Shown: positions 1 to 11,169, numbered from the stretch's first letter. The stretch: 64,000 nucleotides of DNA from an uncultured delta proteobacterium (GCA_963817385.1 CAWFOM010000005.1:64001-128000); one strand, 5' to 3'. The notes: a model not told the origin generated them from the letters alone. A program made the numbers and translations.

Positions 1-1183
1 CCAGTGCACGGACGGCGGGATGGACCGTCTTCTGAAATCGCCCGTAGTCCGCCTCCGGACTGTAGGACCCCAGCCGTCCCGAGGCGATTAGGAGTTTCGC
101 CTGAAAGAGAAAACGGATCTCTTTCGTGATCATCGTCATGATCATCAGGGGGTGGAGGCCCTGGTCGAGGAGTTCGCGCAGGGTTTGGAGGGCAAGGGGC
201 AGGTTCCTCCCGGAGATCGCCCCGGTCAGCTCAAAGATGGTGTCCTCCTTTGTCCTGCCGATAACCGCTTCCACATCCGCCGCCGCGATCTCCGCCTTTT
301 CCCCGGCATACGTGATCAGCTTCTCGATTGCCCCCAGGGACTCCCGGAGGTCAAAACCGGTTTTTTGTCCCAGGGCGGACCAGGCCTCGGATGAGAGCCT
401 CTTTCCTCTCCGGCCCAGGAGTTCGCCGGCCATCTCCCGGACGGCCTGCTGTTGTCTCGCTTCCCCCTTAATCTTCGTGAACGAAAGGATCTTGCCTGCC
501 GATGAGATTGTCTTGAAAAGCTTCTTTCTCCGGTCCACGGCCTCAGCCGTCAGGATGAGATGGTTCCCCTCCGGCATGCCCCCCGTCAAGGTCCTCTCCA
601 GGCGGTCGGTCTCCTCCGGCCGTTCCTTCGCTTGAGTAGCGCCACTGCTTACACAAATTTCCACGGCTCGGGGAAGCCACGTCTCGCGTCCCTCGCCGCT
701 GTCGTCCGGAACTATCCGGCGCCATGCATCGTCGTCGATTTTCCGCCAGCCGCCGTCCCTGAGGTCGTCAAGCTGAAGGCCCGTGATCCGTAAGAATTGC
801 AGGAAATCAGCCGTCGCCCGGTGGGGATCCTGATCGAGACGCTCGCGGATCCGCCCGATGAGGGGCAGAAGGACATTTTTCGATTGGAAAAGCCGGGTGT
901 TCCGGACGACCACCACCTTGCGTCCGGGAAGGAGCGGCGGGGTGATCAGGGATTCGCAGAGTGCATCGATATCCTCGGCATCCCCGTCCGTCACGAAGAG
1001 ATTGAGATCACGGTCCTGCGCCTCGGGGATGAGTGCCGTCGTGATCTTTTCGAGGGCATCCTGGAGACGGAACTCCTCGTCTCCGTAGAGCAGATAGCAG
1101 GAGACGGTTTTCCCCCGCCTCAATTCAGCGAGGACCGAATCGAGCGAAACTCCCCGTCCTGTATCGTCGTCATGAAGAGCCAT
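1..1183 (-). CDS. holA: DNA polymerase III delta subunit (runs off window start)
   Basis: Manual minus-strand translation from ATG 1183: MALHDDD...CYLLYGDEEFRLQDALEKI...LITPPLLPGRKVVVV...VDRRKKLFK...AIEKLITYAG...TIFELTGAI. Absent from the ORF track because there is no stop inside the window. Confidence 0.85.
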   Translation of the reverse strand, partial: MALHDDDTGRGVSLDSVLAELRRGKTVSCYLLYGDEEFRLQDALEKITTALIPEAQDRDLNLFVTDGDAEDIDALCESLITPPLLPGRKVVVVRNTRLFQSKNVLLPLIGRIRERLDQDPHRATADFLQFLRITGLQLDDLRDGGWRKIDDDAWRRIVPDDSGEGRETWLPRAVEICVSSGATQAKERPEETDRLERTLTGGMPEGNHLILTAEAVDRRKKLFKTISSAGKILSFTKIKGEARQQQAVREMAGELLGRRGKRLSSEAWSALGQKTGFDLRESLGAIEKLITYAGEKAEIAAADVEAVIGRTKEDTIFELTGAISGRNLPLALQTLRELLDQGLHPLMIMTMITKEIRFLFQAKLLIASGRLGSYSPEADYGRFQKTVHPAVRAL

Positions 1184-1229
1184 GGGGTCCTAAAAGATAT
1201 ATCCGCGGGAGGAGCCGTCGCTCTCCGCG

Positions 1230-1887
1230 CTACAGGATGACGTACTTCTGGATGTGCTTTACGGCCTCGTCGGGATCGTCTATGATCTGGATGAGTTCCA
1301 GGTCCTCCGGAGAGATCTTGCCGTCACGGAGCATGGTCTTTTTGAGCCAGTCGAACAGGCCCTTCCAGAATTCGCTTCCCATGAGGATGACGGGAAAAGG
1401 CTTGATCCGCTTCGTCTGGATAAGGGTGAGCGCCTCGAAGAGCTCGTCCATCGTCCCGAAGCCGCCGGGCAGGATGACATAGGCCATGGCATATTTGACG
1501 AACATCACCTTCCGGATGAAAGAAATATTTGTAGTCGATGTTGATGTTCGCAAAAGGATTCGGTTTCTGCTCAAAGGGAAGGCGGATGTTCATCCCCACC
1601 GACTGGCCGCCGGCCTCCGCTGCCCCTTTGTTGGCCGCCTCCATGACGCCGGGACCGCCGCCCGTGATGACGCCAAACCCCTGTTCGGCCAGAAGCCGGG
1701 CCAGGCGCTCCGCCTTCTGGTAATAGGGGTCGTCCGGCTTGGTCCTCGCCGAACCGAAGATGCTCACGGCGTGCTTGATCTTGGAGAGGGTTTCGATGGC
1801 CTCGACAAATTCGGCCATGATGCGGAAGATGCGCCAGGACTCCTCGATCGACAGGGCATCGACGACAAACTGATTCCTCTCGTCCAT
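1230..1887 (-). CDS. LOG-family (TIGR00730) nucleotide monophosphate nucleosidase, split by a +1 frameshift at ~1520
   Basis: Frame 1: VSIFGSAR...ITGGGPGVMEAANKGA...YKYF. Frame 2: FIRKVMFVKYA...PGGFGTMDELFEALTLIQT. One extra base in an A-run at 1519-1521. Confidence 0.9.
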
Positions 1888-2069
1888 GTCACATTCCTCC
1901 ACACCGAAAAGGATGATATCTCGCGAAGTCGGCCGGACGCCGTGATCCCGGGGCCATGGTATCGTCCCTCTCCCGTTCCCGGACCGCTCTCCGCCCACGA
2001 CGGCAGGCATGCAGACGCACCTCTCCGCCCGCCCGGACGGTATCCCCGCGCCCCATCCGTGAAATTCGC

Positions 2070-2261
2070 TTAAGAGACTCTGCGCCGTTGGACCTTGGCC
2101 AAACGCCTGCGCGCCTCGATGGTTTTTCTCTTCTTCTTCACCGAAGGCTTCTCATAGGCCCTGCGCAGTTTAAGCTCCTTGAACAGACCGCTCTTGGAGA
2201 GCTTGTTCTTGAGAATCTTCAGGGCCTTTTCCACATCATTGTCGAATACTTTTACTTCCAA
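2070..2261 (-). CDS. rpsU: 30S ribosomal protein S21
   Basis: EVKVFDNDVEKALKILK...RRAYEKPSVKKKRK. Confidence 0.95.
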   Translation of the reverse strand: MEVKVFDNDVEKALKILKNKLSKSGLFKELKLRRAYEKPSVKKKRKTIEARRRLAKVQRRRVS

Positions 2262-2402
2262 ATTCCTTCTCCTTTTCCCGTCTCTATTTTTTGATACAAT
2301 CTTATCTCGCTATTATAATTCCGAATCGTTGCAGCAGACTGTCTTTCACCCCCGTCAACACCAGTGCGGGAATCCGACCAGTCACTGATGAAAAACCGGC
2401 GC

Positions 2403-2456
2403 AAAAAAAGGGCAGTACGGCGTTACACGTTAAGTTTCGTGCCGCATACTACCCTT
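2403..2456 (-). terminator. Probable intrinsic terminator downstream of hisC
   Basis: Minus strand AAGGGTAGTATGCGGC...GCCGTACTGCCC followed by T7. Confidence 0.6.
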
Positions 2457-2484
2457 GATTGTTGCCTATGTTAGACCACGCTCC

Positions 2485-3549
2485 TTACTTGGTTATGATG
2501 TCCCTGAAAACCTCTAAAAATTCTCTGTTTTCTTCACGGGTTCCCACCGTGACCCGCATAAATCCCTGCATTGCTCCGGGGGCGCTCAGGTTCTTGATCA
2601 GGATCCCCCGTTTCTTGAGTGACATGTATACGCGATCCGCATCAAAATCGCAACTAAAAAAAATAAAATTCGCATCGGTAGGGCGGGGATGGACGCCCGG
2701 CAGCGTTTCCATGGCGGAAAAAAGCTCTCCGCGCCATCGGCGTATCTCCGCCGCCTGGTTCAGAAAGGCCTCCTCTTCGTCGAGGTAGAAGCCCGCGGCC
2801 GCCTGGGACAGGGAGTTGAGATTGTAGGGAAGCCGCACCTTGTTGAGTTCATGGATCAGGGCCGCAGGGCCGATGAGGAGGCCGATCCTCATCGCGGCGA
2901 GACCCACCTTGGAGAGGGTCCGGAGGATGACCAGGTTGTCATGGCTCGCGAGGAGCGGCAGAAAGGTCTTCTGGGCGAAGTGGAAATAGGCCTCATCCAC
3001 CACGACGATGCCGGAAGATCCTTCGAGGATGGCTTCGATCCTCTCCCGGCTGAAGCAGTTGGCGGTGGGGTTATTGGGATAGGCGAGGAAGGTCAGCGCG
3101 GGGGGATGCACCCCCATCCGTTCGCGCATGGCCGGAAGATCGAGATCGAACTGACCGTCGAGCGGGACCGCCGCGACCCGGAAGCCGGCATTCAAGGCGG
3201 AGATCCGATACATGGCAAACGTGGGGACCGGGATCATGACCTCCGCCCCGGGCCGCGCGAGGGCCGTACAGAGGATCTGAATCAGATCGTCCGAACCGTT
3301 GCCGATGATGACCTGATCCGCGCCCACGCCGAATTTCGCCGCGAAACGCGCGGCCAGCGCAACGGACCCTGCCTCGGGATAACGGTTCAAGGGAATGGAT
3401 GCCAAGAGCGTCGCAAATTTCTCCCGAAGCGGCTCCGGGATGGCCAGAGGGTTCTCATTGGCATCCAGTTTGATCCGGCACGAGGTGTTGTCCACCGGAT
3501 AGGCCTTCTGTGCGAGGACCTCCTCTTTGATCAGAGCCCGGATATCCAT
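2485..3549 (-). CDS. hisC: Histidinol-phosphate aminotransferase
   Basis: KLDANENP, NRYP, GNGSDDLI, PNNPT, VVDEAY, RTLSK(PLP)...RIG. Confidence 0.93.
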   Translation of the reverse strand: MDIRALIKEEVLAQKAYPVDNTSCRIKLDANENPLAIPEPLREKFATLLASIPLNRYPEAGSVALAARFAAKFGVGADQVIIGNGSDDLIQILCTALARPGAEVMIPVPTFAMYRISALNAGFRVAAVPLDGQFDLDLPAMRERMGVHPPALTFLAYPNNPTANCFSRERIEAILEGSSGIVVVDEAYFHFAQKTFLPLLASHDNLVILRTLSKVGLAAMRIGLLIGPAALIHELNKVRLPYNLNSLSQAAAGFYLDEEEAFLNQAAEIRRWRGELFSAMETLPGVHPRPTDANFIFFSCDFDADRVYMSLKKRGILIKNLSAPGAMQGFMRVTVGTREENREFLEVFRDIITK

Positions 3550-4370
3550 GGTTTTCTCCCTTTCCAGTTCCAGCTTGCGCTGCCATATTTTTTCGTCATC
3601 AGTTCGGTCTTGAGCGCCTCCTCTTCCGACGTCAGCGCCCCTTCTCTGAACCGGATGCCCAGCACCTGCGTAAAGCCGTCCCGGATGGCCCGGCAGAGGA
3701 TTTCTTCGTCCGCCGAAGGAATGGTCGCGTGCTCCCGGACGGAGGTCACCGAATTCCGCAGGCGGTCGGCCTGCCTTTCCCGATCTCGGTGGGGCAGTAT
3801 GACGGCGCAGGTCCGGCCGGGGTCAAACGCCATGAGCAGCGCGCCATGCTGCAGGAAGACGCCGTGGGATCTCGTCTGCGCCGATCCGCAGATCTTCCGG
3901 CCGGCCACGAGGAGCTCATACCGGGAGGGAACGGAGAAGCAGGCGGTGCCGAGCGGTTCATCCGCGGCCGCCCTTCCATCCGCTTTCATCTCCGCCCGGA
4001 TGCCGCACTCGGCGAGACCCTGTGCGATACAGTTGCTGATGATGCGGTACGTTTCAAGGATATCCGGCGGGAAGAGGGGCGAATCATCGCCGGCGATCAC
4101 GGCGTAGGTCAGCTCCTGTTCATGCAGGACGGCCTTGCCGCCGGTCGGACGCCGGACGAGATCGATGCCGAGCTTCCGGCAGGCCTCGATATCGATCTCC
4201 TTGCGCGCATCCTGAAAACGGCCGATGGAGACTGCCGGCGTCCGCCAGCCGTAGAAACGAAGGGTCGGGGGAGAAGTTTTGCGGATGATTTCCCGGAAGA
4301 CCGCCTCATCGACAGCCATATTCTCCGCGGCATCGGCCCTCCGGAAGGGGAGAAGTCTCCATACATCCAC
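3531..4370 (-). CDS. lipM: Lipoate-protein ligase family, LipM-like octanoyltransferase
   Basis: NMAVDEA, PTLRFYGW, VRRPTGGKAVLH..ELTY, ACF..PS.YEL...GRKICGSAQTR..GVFLQHG; single domain; adjacent to gcvH. Confidence 0.7.
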   Translation of the reverse strand: MDVWRLLPFRRADAAENMAVDEAVFREIIRKTSPPTLRFYGWRTPAVSIGRFQDARKEIDIEACRKLGIDLVRRPTGGKAVLHEQELTYAVIAGDDSPLFPPDILETYRIISNCIAQGLAECGIRAEMKADGRAAADEPLGTACFSVPSRYELLVAGRKICGSAQTRSHGVFLQHGALLMAFDPGRTCAVILPHRDRERQADRLRNSVTSVREHATIPSADEEILCRAIRDGFTQVLGIRFREGALTSEEEALKTELMTKKYGSASWNWKGRKPWISGL

Positions 4371-4377
4371 CGCTTTT

Positions 4378-4776
4378 TCAGTCGACCTCCGTTTCCTGGA
4401 TCACGAAGTCCTGATATCCTCTCGTATCCAGGAGATCCTCCAGTTCATCCGGATCGTCCATATCCACGATGATCATCCACCCGGTGTCGTGAGGATCGCT
4501 GTTGATGATACCGATATCATCCGTAATATCCTCATTGACGCTGACGACGACCCCGCTTACCGGCGAGATGAGCTCGACCACCGCCTTCGCCGATTCGATG
4601 CTGCCGAAGGGTTCGTCCCGATCCAGATAGGCATCGACTTCGGGAAGATCCAGCGAAATGATCTCTCCCAACTTCTCCTGGGCATGGTCCGTGATCCCGA
4701 CGGTGGCCAGATCGCCCTCCACCCTGACCCAGATATGCTCCCGACTGTACAGCAGATCATCCGGAAATAATTTCAT
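4378..4776 (-). CDS. gcvH: Glycine cleavage H protein / lipoyl carrier
   Basis: YSREHIWV, VGITDHAQEKLG, IESAKAV (lipoyl Lys), SPVSG, INSDPH.GW. Confidence 0.93.
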   Translation of the reverse strand: MKLFPDDLLYSREHIWVRVEGDLATVGITDHAQEKLGEIISLDLPEVDAYLDRDEPFGSIESAKAVVELISPVSGVVVSVNEDITDDIGIINSDPHDTGWMIIVDMDDPDELEDLLDTRGYQDFVIQETEVD

Positions 4777-4813
4777 ATGACAGCATCCTGTGTTTTTTAA
4801 TAGTCGTCTCCGT

Positions 4814-5894
4814 TTAAAGAATTGTAAGGTCTTTGGAGGTCCGCGTCAAGATCTCGCAGCCCTCATCCGTCACGAGAACCGTATCCTCGATCCGGACACC
4901 CCAGAGGCCGGGGAGATAGACCCCCGGCTCGACCGTAACCACCATGCCGGCCTGGAGGATCTCCTCCCGCCCAACGGCCAGGCGCGGCGCTTCATGAATC
5001 TCCAGCCCCACTCCATGACCGGTTCCGTGAGAAAAATTGCCTCCCATTCCGGCCTCTTCGAGAAACGCCCGGGCGATACGATCGATCTCGCCGCAGGAAA
5101 CGCCCGCCCGGAGAGCTTGGAGGGCCCGGTCATGGGCCTCCCGGACGAGCCGGTAAACCTCCTCTTGACGGGCCGAGGCATGCCCCACAATATACGTGCA
5201 GGTCTCATCCGAATGGTAGCCGCCCGAGACCGCGCCATAGTCGATCATGACGCAATCACCCGTCCGCAATCGCACGGCTTCCCGGCGTGGCATGGGGAAG
5301 GGCCGTATTGGCCCCCGCGGCGACAATCGTCTCGAAGGAGGCCTGCTCCGCCCCACCGCGCCGCATCCGGTATTCGAGCTCGAGAGCGATCTCCTCCTCC
5401 CGAACGCCCGGCCGGATCATCTCCCGCACCGCCGCAAGGGCCTCACCGGCGATACGCGCCGCTTCCCGGATACGGTCAATCTCCTGGCCATCCTTGACGG
5501 CGCGGAGGGACTGGAGCCCCTCGGAGAGCGGCTGGAAGGCGACTGCCGGAAGCTTCTCCTGAAGTTTCAGATACTCTTCCACGACGAGGGCCGGGGATTC
5601 GAAACCGATCGTCCCGACCGCACGCTGATCGGCCGCCGCCGCGATTCCGTCGACCCGGTTGCGGAATTCGACAATCTCCGCCCCAGCGGCCTCCCCCCGC
5701 GCCTGGGTCACATACCGCCCGTCCACCAGGAGGATAAGCCAAGTCCGGCCGGCCATCAGCGCGCCTTCGCCGCCGGTGAAACCGGTTAGATAACGGATAT
5801 TTTTTGCATTCAGCATGAGCAAGGCCTCCGTTTCCGAAAGCCCTGCCCGGAGGCGGCCTACCCTCTCCGCATAGGGTGCAGGATCATCCCGCAT
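4814..5894 (-). CDS. Xaa-Pro aminopeptidase (M24), split by a +1 frameshift at ~5260
   Basis: NIRYLTGFTG...SFETIVA.G...LPHATP in one frame; GDCVMIDYGA..GYHSDETCT...FSHGTGHGVGLEIHE...EPGVY...GVRIED in the next. Extra base in the C-run at 5259-5261. Confidence 0.9.
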
Positions 5895-6552
5895 GGCCGC
5901 GCAACCTGCCGATATTGTCCAGCCATCGCGAAAGCTCGGCGACAACTGCCGTATCTCTCTGCCCGGACTCCTCCCGGAAGATCATCTCCCAGACCTCCCG
6001 GAGCATCGCGGCAGCCTTTTCCTGCTCGGGATCCTTCCGGATGATCGCCTCCAGGACCTCCGCCGCTGGCCGGAGATGACCCTGCCGGATATAGAGTTCC
6101 GCAAGCGTCACCGTCTGAAAATCGGACGGGACCTCCGCGGCATCTTCCTCTTCCCGCTCAACCTCCGGCCCCTGCGGCGCCTCGACGGCCGTGAGCCTCT
6201 CGGCGATCTCCCGCGACAGCGGAGAGTCGGGATTGAGCGAGATGAATTTCCGATAAAACGTCTGCGCCGCTTCCTGCATCCCCTCTTTCAGGCAGACATC
6301 CCCCATGGAGGCGTAGATCTGGGAGAGGCCCGCGAGGGTCCCGTCCATTTCCTGGAGCATTGCCTTTGCTTCCTCCAGCCTTCCCTGCCGGATCCGGACG
6401 CGGCAGATCGCAATCCGGGCGTCCATATCGCCCGGCATCCGTTTGAGCCGCAATTCGGCCAGAGCCACGGCCGTCTCGTCGTCGCCTTGATTGAGAGACG
6501 TCTCCACCTCTTTCAAAAATGCATTTCGCTCCCGGAGATCATTGTCGCCCAT
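5884..6552 (-). CDS. Tetratricopeptide-repeat protein
   Basis: TPR-like helices; TVTLAELYIRQGH motif. Confidence 0.75.
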   Translation of the reverse strand: MGDNDLRERNAFLKEVETSLNQGDDETAVALAELRLKRMPGDMDARIAICRVRIRQGRLEEAKAMLQEMDGTLAGLSQIYASMGDVCLKEGMQEAAQTFYRKFISLNPDSPLSREIAERLTAVEAPQGPEVEREEEDAAEVPSDFQTVTLAELYIRQGHLRPAAEVLEAIIRKDPEQEKAAAMLREVWEMIFREESGQRDTAVVAELSRWLDNIGRLRGHAG

Positions 6553-6610
6553 GACTCACCGTCTTTTCAGTCTTTTCGGCCATTTGATTCCCGCCGCTGA
6601 AACGGTCAAA

Positions 6611-6640
6611 ACGCTAACACAGCCCCGAAGAGCATGTCAA
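6611..6640 (-). promoter_or_regulatory. Putative sigma70 promoter for the TPR-pepP-gcvH-lipM-hisC unit
   Basis: TTGACA-18nt-TAGCGT on the minus strand. Confidence 0.45.
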
Positions 6641-6656
6641 GAACGAAAACCCCCGC

Positions 6657-7040
6657 CTACCGTCTCCCCAGGCAGTCGGATGTTCCCTTCCCGTAGCCCT
6701 CGGTTTGCTCCTTCTCCAGGACGCCTCCCGCGAAGGTCAGGACGTAGATGAAATCGCTCTCCCCGCAGTTGTAATACCACCGCTCCACCTTCCGCGAAGC
6801 CCCCGGGGAGCTCCTCCGTTCCCCCGGCCTGTCCTTCGCCTTCTCCGTCTTCGACGATTTCGCCTTGGTTTTTGTCGTCGCGCCTTCTTTGTAGGTGGGC
6901 GGCCCGCATTCGATGAGGACCTTCCCCGTTGAGTCCCCGGTCTTCACGAGGCCGTTGCCGCAACGGAAGGCCTGGGCTTCCCCGAAAACGGTCAGGACCA
7001 TAAGCGCCGCCACACCCACTGCCGTTGCGATTATTCCCAT
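6657..7040 (-). CDS. DUF2845-like secreted small protein
   Basis: Signal peptide, then AFRCGNGLVKTGDS..KVL.ECG.P...VERWYYNCG..F...L.F.GG.L. Confidence 0.75.
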   Translation of the reverse strand: MGIIATAVGVAALMVLTVFGEAQAFRCGNGLVKTGDSTGKVLIECGPPTYKEGATTKTKAKSSKTEKAKDRPGERRSSPGASRKVERWYYNCGESDFIYVLTFAGGVLEKEQTEGYGKGTSDCLGRR

Positions 7041-7075
7041 CGCCGCACCTCCCCCGTGTCAAAGAAACTACCGAT

Positions 7076-7102
7076 AAAAAAAGGGGCGGCCCGTGCCGCC
7101 CC
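7076..7102 (-). terminator. Intrinsic terminator closing the pil-Ig/FN3 unit
   Basis: GGGGCGGC-ACGG-GCCGCCCC-TTTTTTT on the minus strand. Confidence 0.85.
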
Positions 7103-7135
7103 CGATTGCTTACTCGTCATCGACCCCGCAAGAGA

Positions 7136-10100
7136 TCAAGGCGGTGTGATCGCACAGCCCTGAGCCGATTGGGCCGATGGATTGCCCGAGGAATCTACGG
7201 CGGCAATGGTATAACAATATGAGTTTTCAGCGAGCACCGTTGCATCCGAGAAAGTCGTTCCCGTAACCGTCTGCAGGGATGTTCCATTCCGGTATATTAT
7301 ATAACTGACAGCGCCGACGGATGCTGACCAGCTTACATCAATCCTCAGGGACGACATTGCCGTCGCCGTCACACCAGTTGGCGGCAGGGCCGTCGGTGGC
7401 GCCGCACCCGCCGTACCGCAGGCGGGAGCGGATTGGGCTGATTCGTTGCCTAAGGCATCCACGGAGGAGATGGTATAGCAATAACGCGTCGCAGCTTCCA
7501 CATTCAAATCAACCACTTGAGCGCCTACTACTGACACGAGGGGTATCGTCTCCCCATTCCGGTATATCAAATAATGATCGGCGCCGGCGGATGTGGTCCA
7601 GGTAAGAGTGATCTTCGGACCCGCCCCCCCCGCTACCGCCAGGTTGGTCGGCGTCGGCGGCGGCGCCATCGCACCCGTCGCAATGCAGACGGCGGCCGAT
7701 TTGGCCGATACATTCCCCGCGCCGTCCTCGGCGGCAACGGTATAACAATACACAGTACCAACCCCCACCCCGGTATCCGTCGCCGTCACTCCTGTGGCAG
7801 ACAGCTTGAGCGTCCCGTCCCGGTAAATCCGATAGACGACGGCGCCGGAGGATGCGGACCAGTTCAGCCTGACCTGCGGACCCGCCAACAATGTCGCCGT
7901 CAGACCGGTCGGCTTCGGCGGAGGCGCCGCTCCACCCGTCGACGTGCAGACCTGGGTTGACTGTTCCGATTCGTTGCCCGAAACATCCTCGGCGGAGATG
8001 GTGTAGCAATAATTGGTTTGCGGATTCAGTGCGGTGATGTCAAGGCCGATATCAAGCGCCGTCACCGCCGGGGCGTTGACCGACAACGAGGGTGTCACCC
8101 CTCCGTCGCGGTATATATTATACTTAGCTGCACCGGCGGACGCAGACCAGGTCAGTCTGACCGTGGGGGGCGGACCCGCCGATCCCGCCGCCGTCAGGCC
8201 GGTCGGCGTCGGCGGCGCCGTAAGTTGCGTCGTGGCGCAGACCTGAGCTGATTTCGACGATTCGACGCCCGCCGCGTTATTGGCTGAAACGGCATAACAA
8301 TAGAGCGTATCGGCCAACAAACCCGAATCCACGGTCGAGGTCGAGACGACGGACTTGAGGAGGACAAGGCCGAGACCGGCGTCCTGGTAGATGCGATAAC
8401 CGGTCGCCCCGGGCAGGGCCGTCCAGGAGATCCGGATCTGCGACGGCGAAATCGCCGTGGCGGTAAGACCCGACGGAGGCGATACAAAGGTCGAATTGCA
8501 GACGGTGCCGGTGAACGACGATTCCGTCCCCGCCGCATCCACCGTCCTGATCTGGTAGCAGTACTGCGCGCCGCTTGAGAGGCCTTGTGTCGAAATAGGT
8601 GTTTAGCGCGGCGTTCGCGATATTGATCCCGTTTCGGTATACATGGTAGTGGTTTGCCGTCGCGGATTTCTGCCAGGTGATCGTCATCTGGGACGCGGAG
8701 ACGGGCGTCACCGTCAGATCCACATAGCAGGACGTCGACGTCCCGAAAGGACTGGGATTCCCCGGCGGGGCGACAGTCGGGCTGGTATAATCGGGCGCTG
8801 CTCCCGGCAGGTCGAAGGTCACCGAGGCGCTGGCAGTGCTTCCCTTCAGGTCGTTGGCAAATGCCTCCAGTTTGACGTTGACCCAGTAGGCATAGTCCCG
8901 TGCATAGACGACGCTCACGGTGCCGTGGCCGGTGCTGTCGGTGACGGCGGCGGTCACCGAGGCGACGTTGCCCGGATCGAGCCGGTTGTTGCCGTTCTGG
9001 TCCTCCCCGGGATCGAGGATCCCATTGAAATCATAGAGCGGATTGTGGGTGATACCGTCCTCGTTCGCGCAGGCGGGAATCCCGGGAAGCGTGGATGATG
9101 TCGCCACCAGCGTCGGCACTTGCTGCCAGGCCGTCGCCCCCGCGGGAAAGATGTAGTACCCTTTCTTGTAATACAGGGGTGTCACGGTCGCGACAACCGT
9201 CGCCCCCACAACAGGGTTTCCGGCGGAATCCGTCACCAGGGCGACATAATCCTGCTGGTACTTATTCGGATCTATCTTTATGATCGACGGACCGGAAGCC
9301 AGGGAAATGAACAGGGCCTTTTTGGCGACCGTGAGCGTCGTCGTTGTCGTGACTGTGGGGGTGTGTCCATGACCGATGCCCGGATGGTGACGCCGCCCAG
9401 ACCGCCGGTCGAGGCGCCGGCGATGAAATAGGTGCTGGCCGTTCCGGAGCTGTCGGTGATGGCGGAGGCCGGGGTAGAGGCGTCCCCCGCTTACGTCGTT
9501 GACGATCGTAAAGGTGACGGTCCTGTTTTTCACCAGATTATTATTGGCGTCCCGCACCGTGGCCGTGATCAGGCTCTTCTCGGTCTCCGACCCGCCGCTG
9601 TTCGTCCCGATGGTGGCCGGACTGGCCTTGAGGTCCAGTGAACTCACCGTCGTCGCCACGAACTCCACGGCGACCTGCGCGGTGGGGCCGCCGGCAATGG
9701 AAGCCACCAGCACGGCGGGGCCTGAATTCGTTGAAGAGACGGTGACCGTCGCCCTGCCGTCGGCGCCGGTCGTCGCAGCGGAGCTGCTCAGGGCGCCGCG
9801 CGTCGTGAAAAAGTTGACGGTGACGCCGGCCTGGGGAGTGGTTCCGCTGATATACTCCACCGTGACCGGTTGATTTGTCTTGATTCCATTCGTCTCGATC
9901 GGTATCTCGGTAACCCCCGACGGCGACGGGGTGAGAAACGTCAATATGGCGGTGTTCACCGTCAGGTCGAAGTCCTTGGTCGCGCCGATCGCCGAGGCCG
10001 TAATCTTATCTGTCCCCCCTGCCGTCGCCGTGAAATTCACGGTCACCTGGCCGCTCGCATTTGTCACATAGGTGGCGGCGCTCAGGGTATTGCCCTTCAG

Positions 10101-10637
10101 GGAGGTTACGGTGATGGTCTTGCCGATAATACCGGCGCCCGCGGAGTCCTTCAGAAAGATCGTCAGGGGGGTGGAGTCGCCGAGCGACAGGGATACAGCC
10201 CCGCTGACGGACAAGGTCGTTCCCGTCACGGTCACGGTATTGGCGGTGCTGACGGAGCCGGTCGCGGCGGTCAGATGAATCACCCGGTTTGTCGGATTCC
10301 CGCCGGTGCTCAGGGTCGCCGTCGCCGAGCCGTCGGCCCCGGTTGTCCCACCGTTGGCGACCACTAATGATCCGGAATCGGCGATGAAGGAAACCTCTTT
10401 CTCCGATAACGCCCGGTTGCTGCTGTCTTTGACGATCGCCGTCAGGGTGACTGTGGTGGCGCCGTCTGAATTGAGCTGCGGATTGCCGACAAGCAGATCA
10501 ATGCTCGCCGCCACGGTCGTTCCCGGGGGCGGGGCGGGTTTGTCGCCGCTGTCGCCGGCGCCGCATCCGCTTAACAGGATCATGCCGAGAATACCGATCG
10601 TCACAAGCATTACCGAGGATCTCTTCTTCATCATCAC
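7136..10637 (-). CDS. Large surface lipoprotein (~1165 aa when 3 indels are corrected): bacterial Ig-like (invasin-type) domains plus six FN3 domains
   Basis: Lipobox LSGC; repeated TxTAxVxDxxNx.V...V.F Ig motifs; DxNGxLDPGEDxNGN acidic loop; six PxGLTA...W...YxIYRxG...YCY...ES..S..C repeats. Indels at ~9476, ~9359 and ~8585 join ORFs 8277..10637 and 7136..8542. Confidence 0.8.
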
Positions 10638-10673
10638 CCGCTCCTTTTTTCACCTGCATCCCGTGGGATGAGT

Positions 10674-11057
10674 TCATAATACGGCGCAGACGTCCTTGCT
10701 TTGCGCTGATTCCTTGCCGGAAGCATCGCGGGCGGACACCTTGTAGCAGTATCGCATCTTCGGCTTCAGGCCGGTATCCGTCATCGATGTCGCCTCCGTA
10801 GTTTTCAAATACGCTCCGTTTCGATAGATCTTATACCCTTTTACGCCTGTGTCGTCGGTGGAGGGTTTCCAGGAAACCTTCACCTCCGATGAGGACACCG
10901 CCGTGATGGCCAGGCCGTTGGGCACGGTCGGCGGCATTGTGTCCGGCCCCTTGCCGCCGTCGCTCCGCGTGCAGCCGGTGAAAATAAAAATGGTCAATAA
11001 GAGAATGAACAGAACGGCGCACTTCTTTTTCCGAAACACAAATGGCTCCTTCTCCAC
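10674..11057 (-). CDS. Small lipoprotein with a single FN3 domain
   Basis: Lipobox FTGC; DTMPPTVPNGL..TAVSSSEV.VSW.PSTDD.GV.GYKIYRNG...YCYKVSA.D.SG.ES..S..VC. Confidence 0.8.
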   Translation of the reverse strand: MEKEPFVFRKKKCAVLFILLLTIFIFTGCTRSDGGKGPDTMPPTVPNGLAITAVSSSEVKVSWKPSTDDTGVKGYKIYRNGAYLKTTEATSMTDTGLKPKMRYCYKVSARDASGKESAQSKDVCAVL

Positions 11058-11169
11058 ACCTGCGACGATGCGTCGCTCCGCATTCCCTATCCCTCAAAAC
11101 CGGACGGGGACCCGCCCGCCGGTGGTACTCTCCTGAAGCGCCGTCACCCCACGGGAATGGGATCCGCGC

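Noticed and set aside
2040..2052. GTATCCCCGCGCC resembling a type I-E CRISPR repeat
   Set aside because: Single partial match with no array and no cas genes.
5250..5265. In-frame TGA in the Xaa-Pro peptidase as a second selenocysteine
   Set aside because: Homology continues in a different frame, so this is an indel, not readthrough.
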